Assembly: GCA_016794805.1 (NCBI GenBank)
Contig: JAEUJI010000182.1
Span: 8,941-72,940, forward strand
DNA: 64,000 nt
Origin: Gemmatimonadota bacterium
Lineage (GTDB): Bacteria; Gemmatimonadota; Gemmatimonadetes; Gemmatimonadales; GWC2-71-9
Reading direction: 5' to 3'
Part shown: positions 37,675-47,094 of the stretch, one piece after another
How the letters are laid out: the number at the start of each line of letters is the position of its first letter
Numbering within the stretch: position 1 is the first letter of the stretch
The notes under the pieces: generated by a model
The model's input: the letters and a program-made list of their open reading frames with translations, nothing else
Database searches by the model: none
Told to the model about the DNA's origin: nothing
Position numbers and translations under genes: made by a program

Positions 37675-38697
37675 GTGCCGTCCGGCGCCGGCCATGGGCT
37701 CTGCCTGCTCGCCGACGACGATGCCGACCTGCGCCGCTCCATGGCGCATGTGCTCGAGGCCATGGGCCTCTCCTGCATCGAGGCCGCCTCGGGGAACGAG
37801 GCGCTGGCCATCCTGGAGCAGACCGGGGAACTCCCGCTCCTCGTGTCCGACGTCTCCATGCCCGGGCTCGACGGCCTGGACCTGCTGCGGGAGGTCCGGC
37901 GGCGCTACCCCGACATGGCGGTCGTGATGCTCTCCGGCATCCGGGAGGCGGAGATGGCGGTCGAATGCCTGCAGGCCGGCGCGCTCGACTACATCACCAA
38001 GCCCGCCCTGCTGGGGGAGATCCAGTCGCGCATCCGGCGCGCCATGGAAAAGCGCGACCTGCTGCTCGAGAACCGGTTCTACCAGCAGAACCTGGAGCGG
38101 ATGGTGGGCCAGCAGGCGCTCCGCATCAAGGAGATGTTCCTCGAGGGAGTCCAGACCCTGGTGCATGCCCTCGATGCCAAGGACCCCTACACTCGCGGCC
38201 ATTCCACCCGGGTGAGTCACTACGCCGGCCGCGTGGCGGCGCGCCTGGGGTTCACCGGGCAGTCGCTCGAGGACATCCGGCTGGGGGCGGCGCTCCACGA
38301 TATCGGCAAGATCGGCACCCCGGAGGCCATCCTCCGGAAGCCGGGGCCCCTCACCGCCGAGGAGTTCACCTCCATCAGCGAGCACACCGTCCTCGGCGAA
38401 CGGATCCTGGCCCCGCTGGTGCGGGAGAACCCCACCGTGCTGTCCATCGTGCGGTCACACCACGAACGGGTGGATGGCGAGGGGTTCCCCGACCGGCTCG
38501 AGGGGAGCCGGATCCCCTGGGCCGCGCGGATCGTGGCCGTCGCTGACGCGTTCGACGCCATGACCACCGACCGCTCCTACCGCGCCTCCCTGCCCCCGGC
38601 CAGCGCCCTGGCGGAGCTGGCGTCCCACGCCGGCAGCCACTTCGACGCCGAGGTCGTGGCCGCGTTCCGGCGGGAGTTCGCCGAGCCGGAGACGTAG
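37675..38697 (+). CDS. response regulator with HD-GYP domain, paralog 2
   Basis: Same architecture as paralog 1: LLADDD...VSDVSMPGLDG...LDYITKP; HSTRVSHYA, LHDIGKIG, HHERVDGEGFPDRL. The start is uncertain (GTG 37675 chosen; GTG 37558 also in frame). Confidence 0.85.
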   Translation: MPSGAGHGLCLLADDDADLRRSMAHVLEAMGLSCIEAASGNEALAILEQTGELPLLVSDVSMPGLDGLDLLREVRRRYPDMAVVMLSGIREAEMAVECLQAGALDYITKPALLGEIQSRIRRAMEKRDLLLENRFYQQNLERMVGQQALRIKEMFLEGVQTLVHALDAKDPYTRGHSTRVSHYAGRVAARLGFTGQSLEDIRLGAALHDIGKIGTPEAILRKPGPLTAEEFTSISEHTVLGERILAPLVRENPTVLSIVRSHHERVDGEGFPDRLEGSRIPWAARIVAVADAFDAMTTDRSYRASLPPASALAELASHAGSHFDAEVVAAFRREFAEPET

Positions 38698-38742
38698 CCG
38701 GCCGCCTCCTCCTCCGCCCCCGCCGCCGCTACCTTACGCCCC

Positions 38743-40122
38743 ATGTCTGATACTCTCATGATCAGCGTCTCCGGCATGCGCGGCATCGTCGGCAAGGACC
38801 TCACCCCGGAGCTTGTGGCCCGGCATGCCGCGGCGCTGGGCGCCTGGGCCCGCGCCAGCGGCAAGCCGGCCGTCGTGCTGGGCCGCGACGCCCGCACCAG
38901 CGGCCCGATGTTCGCCCGGGCGGCAACGGCTGGCCTGATGTCGGTCGGGGTGGACGTCATCGATGTGGGGGTGGCCCCCACGCCTACGGTGCAGCTGGCG
39001 GTGGAGCATCATCACGCCGGCGCCGGCCTCATCCTCACCGCCAGCCACAATCCCATCGAGTGGAACGCGCTCAAGCTGGTCGGTCCCGACGGGATCTTTC
39101 TCGACGGGGCGGACGGGACGGCGGTGCGCGCCCTGGCGGAGTCGGGACCGCCGCGCACCGGGTGGGATGGCATCGGCGGCGTCCGGGAGGATCGCGACGC
39201 GATCGAGCGGCACCTGGTCCAGGTGCTGGCCCTCCCGATGATCGACCTGGCGGCGATCCGCGCCCGGCGGTTCCCGGTGGCGCTCGACTGCGTGCGCGGG
39301 GCGGGCGGCACGACGATGCCGCAGCTGCTCGAGCGGCTGGGATGCGTGGTGCACGCCATCAATACCGAGACCGACGGACGCTTCCCCCGGGCGCCGGAGC
39401 CGGTGCCGGAGAATCTGGGCGACCTCTCCCGGCTGGTGCGGCAGTCCGGCGCGGCGGTGGGCTTCGCGGTGGACCCGGATGTGGACCGGCTGGCCCTGGT
39501 GGACGAGACCGGATCCCCGATCGGTGAGGACTACACCCTCGCCCTGGCGGTCCGTGCCGTCCTGCAGCATTCGGCCGTGCCGCGAAGCCACCGGGCCACC
39601 GAGCCTTCGGTGGTGGCGAACCTCTCCACCAGCCTGGTGGTCGAGGATGCTGCCCGGATGGGCGGGGCCAGGTTCGTCCGGGCCCCCGTGGGGGAGGCGA
39701 ATGTCGCCCGGACGATTCGGGATGAAGGAGCCATCATCGGAGGCGAGGGGAACGGCGGGGTCATCCTCCCCTCGCTCCATATCGGGCGCGACGCCCCGGT
39801 TGGTGTGGCACTGATCCTGCACTTGCTTGCGACATCTGGGCAGTCGGTGTCCTCCCTGGTCGGGGGGCAGCCCCGGTACCGGATCGTGAAGGCAAAAGCG
39901 CCACGCGGCAACGACTTAGCTCCCGTCTACGCCCGGCTCCAGACCCGCTTTGCGGGCGCGGTGGCGGATACGCGCGACGGACTGAGGCTTGCATGGTCGG
40001 ACCGCTGGGTGCATGTCCGGCCCTCGGGCACGGAGCCAATTGTCCGGTTCATTGCCGAGGCCCCGACGGAAGCGGACGCTCAGGCCCTGGTCGCGGCCTG
40101 TCATGAACTCTTCTCGAGCTAA
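38743..40122 (+). CDS. glmM: phosphohexomutase family protein, probable phosphoglucosamine mutase
   Basis: GMRGIVG, the active-site TASHNP and the metal loop FAVDPDVDR. It sits immediately upstream of glmS (12-nt gap). Confidence 0.85.
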   Translation: MSDTLMISVSGMRGIVGKDLTPELVARHAAALGAWARASGKPAVVLGRDARTSGPMFARAATAGLMSVGVDVIDVGVAPTPTVQLAVEHHHAGAGLILTASHNPIEWNALKLVGPDGIFLDGADGTAVRALAESGPPRTGWDGIGGVREDRDAIERHLVQVLALPMIDLAAIRARRFPVALDCVRGAGGTTMPQLLERLGCVVHAINTETDGRFPRAPEPVPENLGDLSRLVRQSGAAVGFAVDPDVDRLALVDETGSPIGEDYTLALAVRAVLQHSAVPRSHRATEPSVVANLSTSLVVEDAARMGGARFVRAPVGEANVARTIRDEGAIIGGEGNGGVILPSLHIGRDAPVGVALILHLLATSGQSVSSLVGGQPRYRIVKAKAPRGNDLAPVYARLQTRFAGAVADTRDGLRLAWSDRWVHVRPSGTEPIVRFIAEAPTEADAQALVAACHELFSS

Positions 40123-40134
40123 GGACCCCCTGGC

Positions 40135-41961
40135 ATGTGCGGGATTGTCGGCTACGTAGGCCCCAGGCAGGCGGTCGGCCTTCTCATCGAGGGGCTCCGG
40201 CGCCTCGAGTATCGCGGCTATGACTCCTCCGGCATCGCGGTCCTGAACGGCTCCGGGCTGGCGGTGGTCAAGCAGTCCGGCAAGCTCTCGGCGCTGGAGC
40301 AGCGGCTGACGGAGTACACCCCCAAGGGCACGGTCGGGATCGGGCACACGCGGTGGGCCACCCACGGTCCGCCGACCACCGGGAACGCGCATCCGCATGT
40401 GGACCAGTCGGGCAAGATCGCGCTGATCCACAACGGCATCATCGAGAACGCCGGCGCCATCAAGAAGGTCCTGGAGCAGCGCGGGCACACCTTCAAGTCG
40501 GACACCGACACGGAAGTCCTGGCCCACCTGGTGGGGGTCTGCTACCGGGGCAGCCTCGAGGAGGCGGTGGCCGAGGCGCTGCGCGAGGTGGACGGCGCCT
40601 ACGGCATCGCGGTGATCTGTTCCGATGAACCGGACGTGCTGGTCGCGGCCCGGAAGGGATCGCCGCTCCTGGTGGGCGTGGGCGACGGCGAGTGGTTCGT
40701 CGCCTCGGACGCCTCCGCGATCCTGTCCCACACCCGCTCGGTGGTGTACCTGGACGATGGCGAGATGGTCGTCCTCACCCGCAAGGGCTACCACGTGCGG
40801 GACCTCGCGGCCACCCGGATCGAGAAGCCGGTCAACCAGATCGAATGGGACCTGGCCACGATCGAGCGGGGCGGGTACGCCCACTTCATGCTGAAGGAGA
40901 TCTTCGAGCAGCCGGACACGGTGCGGAATACCATGCGCGGCCACCTGCTCGAGGAGGAGGGGACGGCGCGGGTCAGCGGCCTGAACCTCACCGACGACGA
41001 CATCAAGCGCATCAACCGGATCGTGATCACCGCCTGCGGCACCAGCTGGCATTCGGCGCTGATCGGCGAGTACATGCTGGAGGAGCTGGCCCGGATCCCG
41101 GTGGAAGTCGAGTACGCCTCGGAGTTCCGCTACCGGAACCCCGTGGTGGACGACCGGACCCTGGTCATCGGCATCTCGCAGTCCGGCGAGACGGCCGACA
41201 CCCTGGCCGCGATCCGCGAGGCCAAGCGCCGCGGCGCCCGGACCATCGGCCTGGTCAACGTGGTGGGCTCGACCATTGCCCGCGAGGTGGACGGCGGCAT
41301 CTACCTCCACGCCGGCCCCGAAGTGGGCGTGGCGAGCACCAAGGCCTTCACCAGCCAGGTCATCGCGCTGGCGCTGATCACGCTCCGGTTCGGCCGGCTC
41401 CGCAACCTGAGCATCCTGCAGGGGCGGCAGATCATCCAGGGCCTGCGGGCGCTGCCCGAGCAGGTGCAGGAGATCCTGGACCGCGCGCCGGAGGTCGAGG
41501 CGCTGGCCGAGCGCTTCTGGCGCAGCAACAACGCGCTGTACCTCGGGCGCGGGGTGAACTTCCCCGTGGCGCTCGAGGGCGCCCTCAAGCTCAAGGAGAT
41601 TTCCTATATTCACGCCGAGGGCTACCCGGCCGCCGAGATGAAGCACGGGCCCATCGCCCTGATCGACGAGAACATGCCGGTGGTGTTCATCGCGCCCAAG
41701 GACGCGGTGCACGGCAAGATCGTCTCCAACGTGGAAGAGGTGCGGGCCCGCGGCGGGCAGGTGATCGCCATCAAGAATGACGGCGACGACCAGATCAAGC
41801 GGCTGGCGTCGGCGACCTTCACGATTCCCGAGACCCTGGACCTGCTGACCCCGATCCTCGCGATCATCCCCTTGCAGCTGTTCAGCTACTACGTGGCCGT
41901 CCGCCGGGGCTGCAACGTGGACCAGCCGCGGAACCTGGCCAAGAGCGTGACGGTGGAGTAG
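40135..41961 (+). CDS. glmS: glutamine--fructose-6-phosphate aminotransferase
   Basis: [10 protein letters not shown]-terminal nucleophile, two SIS domains, and the C-terminal ...NLAKSVTVE. Confidence 0.98.
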   Translation: MCGIVGYVGPRQAVGLLIEGLRRLEYRGYDSSGIAVLNGSGLAVVKQSGKLSALEQRLTEYTPKGTVGIGHTRWATHGPPTTGNAHPHVDQSGKIALIHNGIIENAGAIKKVLEQRGHTFKSDTDTEVLAHLVGVCYRGSLEEAVAEALREVDGAYGIAVICSDEPDVLVAARKGSPLLVGVGDGEWFVASDASAILSHTRSVVYLDDGEMVVLTRKGYHVRDLAATRIEKPVNQIEWDLATIERGGYAHFMLKEIFEQPDTVRNTMRGHLLEEEGTARVSGLNLTDDDIKRINRIVITACGTSWHSALIGEYMLEELARIPVEVEYASEFRYRNPVVDDRTLVIGISQSGETADTLAAIREAKRRGARTIGLVNVVGSTIAREVDGGIYLHAGPEVGVASTKAFTSQVIALALITLRFGRLRNLSILQGRQIIQGLRALPEQVQEILDRAPEVEALAERFWRSNNALYLGRGVNFPVALEGALKLKEISYIHAEGYPAAEMKHGPIALIDENMPVVFIAPKDAVHGKIVSNVEEVRARGGQVIAIKNDGDDQIKRLASATFTIPETLDLLTPILAIIPLQLFSYYVAVRRGCNVDQPRNLAKSVTVE

Positions 41962-42008
41962 CACCGCAGGACGGCAGGACGGCAGGACGGCAGGACGGCA
42001 GGACGGCA
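41962..42008. repeat. tandem 8-nt array (GGACGGCA x5 plus one degenerate unit)
   Basis: caccgca ggacggca ggacggca ggacggca ggacggca ggacggca begins at the first base after the glmS TAG. It is followed by the hairpin gggcggc-gcggggcgg-gccgccc. Confidence 0.9.
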
Positions 42009-42052
42009 GGGGGCGGCGCGGGGCGGGCCGCCCTCGTGTGCTAGGGGAAGCT

Positions 42053-43831
42053 TCACTTCCTGACCGCCCTCACGATACCGGAACGGAGGGCGCGCCAGAG
42101 CAGGCCGAAGAAGGTGTCGCCCGGTGCCTGCTCGTAGCGGATGGGCGTGGGCTTGAGCTGCCCCTGCTTGTCGGGCAGCCGCTCCTGCCGCACCATCGTC
42201 CCCGCCACCATGCTGGTGAGCTTCTTCCCGAAGTTCTGCCTGCCGGTGACCTTGTCCACCAGGCGCAGCTCGAGCCCCGTATAACCCGCCCGCAGTTCCC
42301 CCCTGGCGTGCCCGCCGGCGATGGAGAACTCGAACTGCGCGGCCTGCAACATGCCGCTGGTGATCTCGATCCCGTTGCCCGGCAGCAGGAAGCTGTTGAA
42401 GCTGTCGAGGGGCAGCTCACCGAGTTCGCCCCGGGCGTGGAGGCGGATCGGCCCACGCTGGATCGGCACCTCGATGTCGGTGGCGAGGGGCCCCGTCCCG
42501 AACAGCTTCGCGGCGGCCCGGATGCGGACTGGCGTGCCGGCGGACGCGCTGTCATTGCTGAGGCCGTGGATGCGGGCATGGACCTGGGTGAAGTGCACGC
42601 TCCCGGGCAGCGGCCGGCCCGCCATCAGTTCGGCGTACCGGATCGTGCCCGTCGCGAGCACGATCGAATCCGCCCCGACGGTCCACGGCAGCGCCGCGAG
42701 CCGGGCGGGCCAGAGCCGGCGGGCGCGGCCGGGCCCCGGAGGAGGGCGCCGGTCGGCAAGCAGGTCCAGCTCCACGCGGGCGATCCACACCCCGCCGGCG
42801 GTGATCTGCCGGTGGCGGAGGTTCTGCTGCCGGAGCCCCGTGGCCTGCAGCCCCGTGGCGGCCAGGCGCACCCGCGTGGCGCGGGAGCGCGCGGCCGCAA
42901 AGAAGGTCGAGTCGCCTCCCGCCGGGACGTAGGTCAGGGAGTCCACCGTGAGTACCTGGCGCGCGTGGGAGCGCCGGACGCCCACGGCCCGGAGCTGGTG
43001 GCCGCCGGCGGTGCGGCCCGTGCGGAGCTCCCCGATGTCAAAGGTGGTATCGTCGGGGGTGACGGTCACCGCCACCGCGGACAGGACGAGGCTGTCCTGC
43101 GGATGTTCGGAGGCATGCACGAAGCGCCGGGCCTCGAGGGTGCCCCGCTCAAACACCCGGTGGCTCGCGGTGTCCAGCTGCAGCCCGCGCAGCTCCAGGG
43201 CGAGGCCGGCGGTGGAGTCCCGCGACACCGCGCTCCCCCGCACCTCCTCCGACTGCACGGTGGCGCCGGTCACCCGCACCCGATCGACCCGGGCGCCGCG
43301 CACCGCGTCCGGCAGCCAGGCGGCCACCAGGCGGAAGAGCAGGGAGTCCGGCGAGGTGAGTGTGATGGGAAGGGTGTCTCCCGGCTCGGCGCCGGGACGC
43401 GGCGGGGTGGTGTCCGGCGGGACTTCCCGCCGCCGGCGGATGGCCGGCCGGTCGATCGCCACCCCCGAGAGTCGCAGGCCGCGGCGCCAGATCAGGTCGC
43501 TCAGGTCGAGTCCGGTGAGGACGAGGACCGGAGCATCGGCCTCGAAGTGGAGCACCTCGCCGCCGGTGCGCTGATCGAAGCGGATCCGGACGTCGTGCAG
43601 GTCCAGCCGGCGCCGGAGGAGGCTCAGCCGCAGCACGGGCAGGTCGATGGTCAGGCCGGGGCTCGCGCCCGCATGGGCGAGGACCAGGGTACGCTTGCGG
43701 AGGTAAGCGTCCACCGGTGCGCGCAGGGCCGCCTCCAGCGCTCGATCGAGCAGCACCGCGCCCAGGGCCAAGGCGCCGATGCTGCCTCCAAGGATCAGCG
43801 CCGCCTGACGGCGGGACCGGAACAGCCACAT
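42053..43831 (-). CDS. membrane-anchored hypothetical protein (AsmA/DUF748-like)
   Basis: 592 aa with an N-terminal TM anchor ([18 protein letters not shown]) and a long beta-rich periplasmic region. The family assignment is weak. Confidence 0.6.
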   Translation of the reverse strand: MWLFRSRRQAALILGGSIGALALGAVLLDRALEAALRAPVDAYLRKRTLVLAHAGASPGLTIDLPVLRLSLLRRRLDLHDVRIRFDQRTGGEVLHFEADAPVLVLTGLDLSDLIWRRGLRLSGVAIDRPAIRRRREVPPDTTPPRPGAEPGDTLPITLTSPDSLLFRLVAAWLPDAVRGARVDRVRVTGATVQSEEVRGSAVSRDSTAGLALELRGLQLDTASHRVFERGTLEARRFVHASEHPQDSLVLSAVAVTVTPDDTTFDIGELRTGRTAGGHQLRAVGVRRSHARQVLTVDSLTYVPAGGDSTFFAAARSRATRVRLAATGLQATGLRQQNLRHRQITAGGVWIARVELDLLADRRPPPGPGRARRLWPARLAALPWTVGADSIVLATGTIRYAELMAGRPLPGSVHFTQVHARIHGLSNDSASAGTPVRIRAAAKLFGTGPLATDIEVPIQRGPIRLHARGELGELPLDSFNSFLLPGNGIEITSGMLQAAQFEFSIAGGHARGELRAGYTGLELRLVDKVTGRQNFGKKLTSMVAGTMVRQERLPDKQGQLKPTPIRYEQAPGDTFFGLLWRALRSGIVRAVRK

Positions 43832-43915
43832 GACTCAAGATATCCCGGTCGGGGAATCCGCCGCGGGCCCGCGCTCCCTTTTCCCGGTTGCCGGGGGCTG
43901 CTACCGTACGGCACC

Positions 43916-44368
43916 ATGCGCATTGTGCTGCAGCGGGTGAGCCGCGCCAGCGTCACGATCGAGGGGCGGGTGGCGGGTGCCATCGGCACCGGCTTCTGCA
44001 TCCTGGTCGGCTTCACCCCCGCCGATACCGTCGCCGAAGTGGACTGGATGGCGGAGAAGGCGGCGGGGCTCCGGCTCTTTGCCGACCCGGATGGGAAGAT
44101 GAACCTGGGCCTCGAAGACGTCGGCGGCGGGGTGCTGGTCGTTTCCCAGTTCACCCTCTACGGCGACGCGCAGAAGGGGCGCCGGCCCTCGTTCCTCGGC
44201 GCCGCGCGCCCGGAGCAGGCCATCCCCCTGTACGAGCGATTCCTCGCCCGGCTGCGGGCGCAGGGCCTCCAGGTGGAGAACGGGGAGTTCGGGGCGATGA
44301 TGCAGGTGGAGATCCACAACGACGGCCCGGTGACGCTGGTCATCGATCGCGACGCCCCCGCCGCATGA
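43916..44368 (+). CDS. dtd: D-aminoacyl-tRNA deacylase
   Basis: [13 protein letters not shown]...ILVG......[16 protein letters not shown]......NGEFGA.M.V...NDGPVT. This is the 150-aa tail of the spurious 776-aa track ORF. Confidence 0.95.
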   Translation: MRIVLQRVSRASVTIEGRVAGAIGTGFCILVGFTPADTVAEVDWMAEKAAGLRLFADPDGKMNLGLEDVGGGVLVVSQFTLYGDAQKGRRPSFLGAARPEQAIPLYERFLARLRAQGLQVENGEFGAMMQVEIHNDGPVTLVIDRDAPAA

Positions 44369-44946
44369 CCCCCCCGATCCTCATCCTGGCCTCCGGTTCG
44401 CCCCGGCGGCGCGAGCTGCTGCAGATGCTCGGCATCGCCTTCGAGGTGCGGCCCTCGCACATCCCGGAGGAATGGCAGCCGGGGGAGGCGCCGGTGGCCT
44501 ACGCCGAGCGGCTGGCGCGAGAGAAGGCGCTCAGCGTGCCCGGGGACCTGGTGCTCGGCGCCGACACCACGGTGCTGCTGGATGGCGAGTTGCTCGAGAA
44601 GCCGGTGGACGCCGAGGATGCGCTGCGCATCCTGCGCCGGCTGCAGGGGCGAACCCACGAGGTGATCAGCAGCGTCGCGCTGGTGGCGGGCGGGGTGGTC
44701 CGGCAGGCCACCGACGTCACCCGGGTCACGTTCCGGTGCGCCGATGACGACCTGCTCCGGGCCTACATCGCGACCGGCGAGCCGATGGACAAGGCGGGCG
44801 CCTACGGCATCCAGGGCTACGGGGCGGCGCTGGTGGAGCGGATCGAGGGAGACTTCTTCGGGGTGATGGGACTGCCGGTGCGGCTGGTGCTGGGGCTGCT
44901 GGAGGCGGCGGGGATTCCGTATCGCTTTGGGCGGCAGGGCGATTAG
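44365..44946 (+). CDS. maf: Maf-like nucleoside triphosphate pyrophosphatase
   Basis: [33 protein letters not shown] overlap with the dtd stop. Confidence 0.93.
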   Translation: MTPPILILASGSPRRRELLQMLGIAFEVRPSHIPEEWQPGEAPVAYAERLAREKALSVPGDLVLGADTTVLLDGELLEKPVDAEDALRILRRLQGRTHEVISSVALVAGGVVRQATDVTRVTFRCADDDLLRAYIATGEPMDKAGAYGIQGYGAALVERIEGDFFGVMGLPVRLVLGLLEAAGIPYRFGRQGD

Positions 44947-44996
44947 GCGATTCGACTTTTTGCGAACCGCCCAACCGCCCAACCGCCCAACCGCCT
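44929..44996. repeat. inverted 8-nt arrays (RGGCGRTT / AACCGCCY) flanking a T5-containing loop
   Basis: gggcggca gggcgatt aggcgatt / cgactttttgcg / aaccgccc aaccgccc aaccgccc aaccgcct. The element spans both stop codons of a convergent gene pair (maf TAG at 44944-44946; minus-strand TAG at 44995-44997). Confidence 0.9.
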
Positions 44997-47040
44997 ACGG
45001 CGTCAGCCCCCGCTTCTGCTCCAGCTTCGCCGCCCACAGGCCGCTGTTGAAGTCGGTGAACAGGATGTGCCCCTTCCACGGCATCGCGTTCATCACGAAG
45101 GAGGCATTGGGCGTGAAGCCCTGCGGGTCGAAGGGCTTGAACACCGCGATCTCCCGGCGCTGCTCGGCCAGGTTCCCCACCAGCTCGCCCGAGACATCCA
45201 CCACCCGGAGCCCGCCGTCGTAGTACGCCTGGTACATGATGTCGTCCTCGACGATGATGTCGTGGGCGCCGAACTCCTCCTGGTGGTACTTGGCGATGTT
45301 CTTCGGGTGCATCGGATCGGTGAAATCGATGATGTGGGTGTATCCCGCGGAGGTCTGGGGTACGCCCCCCTGCTTCGGCTTGTCGCCGAAGAGGTCCTGC
45401 ATGTAGGCCGTGCCCTCCCAGACCCGCCCCTCCCGCGACATGATCTCGTCCCCCAGGAAGAGGTACACCTTGCCGGTGTTCTTCTGCACGTAGGGGTAGA
45501 TCTCGTGCGTGGCCCCGCTGGTGGTGGGGAAGGTGTTGATCAGCACCGGCTTCTGGATGGTGCCGCCCCACTTGCCGTTCCCCACGTCCACCACCACAAC
45601 GCCGGTGCCCCATTCCGAGCTGTAGGCGATGCCGTCATTGACCCAGACATCATGGATGCGGCTGTTGGGGTGATCGTACTCGCCGGCGTACTTGGGCGCG
45701 TAGATGTCCCGCACGTCCACGATGACGTAGCGGTCCCCGCCCGAGACCGCGAAGAGGTAGTCGTTGGTGGCGAACATGTTGTGCACGCCGCCGGTCAGTT
45801 CCTGGTCGAAGGTCGCGGCGAGCTTCGGGTGCGCCGGAGTGGCCAGGTCCAGGATCACGACGCCATTCACCCGGTTGGAGGCGCCTTCGCGGGAGAGGAC
45901 GCCGTAGCGGCCATCGGGCGAGACGGTGACATCGTTGATCACCCGGGCATCCACCTTCACCGAATCGGTGCGCACCGGATGGGCCAGGTCGGTGATGTCC
46001 ATGACGTAGGCCCAGCCGTCGCCGCCCCAGGTGCCCACCAGCGCGTAGTCCCGGCCGTCTTTGCCGGTCCAGGGCCAGAAGTCGGAGGTGTGCACGTGGG
46101 TGATCTGGCCCCGGCCGGTGACGTTGATCCGCCGCCGGGCGTCCCGGGGCCGTGCCTCCACCACCTGCCGCGCGGTGATGCCGCCCGCCTCCGCCAGCAG
46201 GGTGTAGCGCCCCGGCACCTCGGCGGTGAAGAGCCCCCGGTCCAGCACCCCGGTGGCGCCCGGCGCGGCGATGGTATCATCGGGGATGTAGGTGTAGCTC
46301 CAGGTGACCGGCACGTCGGTGACCGGGGTGCCGTTGGCCCGCCGCGCCGTCGCCTTCAGGTGCAGCACTTCTCCGGTACGGATACTGGCCTGCTCCAGGT
46401 CCACCGTCAGGCTCCGCACCGGATTGAGCACCACCGTCTGCCGCCACTGGGCCCGCACCCCCTCCGATTCTGCGGTGATCGTGACGCTGCCGGGGCGATG
46501 GGCGGTGACAAAGCCATACCGATCCACGCTCGCGAGCGAGGGATTGGAACTCCGCCAGGTGGTCGTCAGCGCCGCGGCGGGGCGTTCGCTGCCGTCCGCG
46601 TGGGTGCCGCGCGCCTTGAGGCCGAGGGTGATGCCGGTGTAGAGCCGGCCGGGATCGGCGGTCAGGGCGAGTCCGGTGAGCGCGGGCCAGGTGACCTTCA
46701 CCGGGATCGCGACCGTCACCGGCGCCGAGCCGACGCCCTGCACCGCGCTGAACACGATCTCAAAGTCCCCCGCGGACAACGCGGTGACCGCGCCGCGGCT
46801 CAGGCGGAGCGCGCCCCGGGGCGCGCTGGCCCGGAGCGCCGGCTGGGCGATCTCCCGGCCATCCGCTCCATAGGCCTTGACCGTGAGGGAGTCGGTGGCG
46901 CCGACCTCGAGGGTGAGGCTGGCCGGCTCCGCCGCGAGGCGGGCCACGGGCACGGGCGCCGGCTGCTGCGCCTCGAGGGCCGCGGCGAGCGCCGCGAGGG
47001 CCACCGTGACGGCGGCGGAGAGCGAGTGTAGCTTGGACAC
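44995..47040 (-). CDS. secreted protein with Big_2-like Ig domains and LVIVD-repeat beta-propeller
   Basis: GTG 47040 has GGAG 9 nt upstream. Signal: SKLHSLSAAVTVALAALAAALEAQ. Ig-like segments (SLTVKAYGADG, SVTITAESEG). LVIVD-type repeats (YVIVDV, GVVVVDV, LRVVDVS). Confidence 0.8.
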   Translation of the reverse strand: MSKLHSLSAAVTVALAALAAALEAQQPAPVPVARLAAEPASLTLEVGATDSLTVKAYGADGREIAQPALRASAPRGALRLSRGAVTALSAGDFEIVFSAVQGVGSAPVTVAIPVKVTWPALTGLALTADPGRLYTGITLGLKARGTHADGSERPAAALTTTWRSSNPSLASVDRYGFVTAHRPGSVTITAESEGVRAQWRQTVVLNPVRSLTVDLEQASIRTGEVLHLKATARRANGTPVTDVPVTWSYTYIPDDTIAAPGATGVLDRGLFTAEVPGRYTLLAEAGGITARQVVEARPRDARRRINVTGRGQITHVHTSDFWPWTGKDGRDYALVGTWGGDGWAYVMDITDLAHPVRTDSVKVDARVINDVTVSPDGRYGVLSREGASNRVNGVVILDLATPAHPKLAATFDQELTGGVHNMFATNDYLFAVSGGDRYVIVDVRDIYAPKYAGEYDHPNSRIHDVWVNDGIAYSSEWGTGVVVVDVGNGKWGGTIQKPVLINTFPTTSGATHEIYPYVQKNTGKVYLFLGDEIMSREGRVWEGTAYMQDLFGDKPKQGGVPQTSAGYTHIIDFTDPMHPKNIAKYHQEEFGAHDIIVEDDIMYQAYYDGGLRVVDVSGELVGNLAEQRREIAVFKPFDPQGFTPNASFVMNAMPWKGHILFTDFNSGLWAAKLEQKRGLTP

Positions 47041-47094
47041 GATGATGCTCCGTGAGATTGACCGCGCTTCCTGCAACGACACGATGGCAACCTG

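Noticed and set aside
40123-40134. glmS ribozyme upstream of glmS
   Set aside because: Only 12 nt separate glmM and glmS. There is no room for the ~170-nt ribozyme.
39916-41964. 682-aa minus-strand ORF
   Set aside because: It is antisense to glmS.
42038-43915. First 626 codons of the 776-aa plus-strand ORF 42038..44368
   Set aside because: They are antisense to the 592-aa membrane-anchored protein gene. Only the last 150 codons (dtd) show real homology features.
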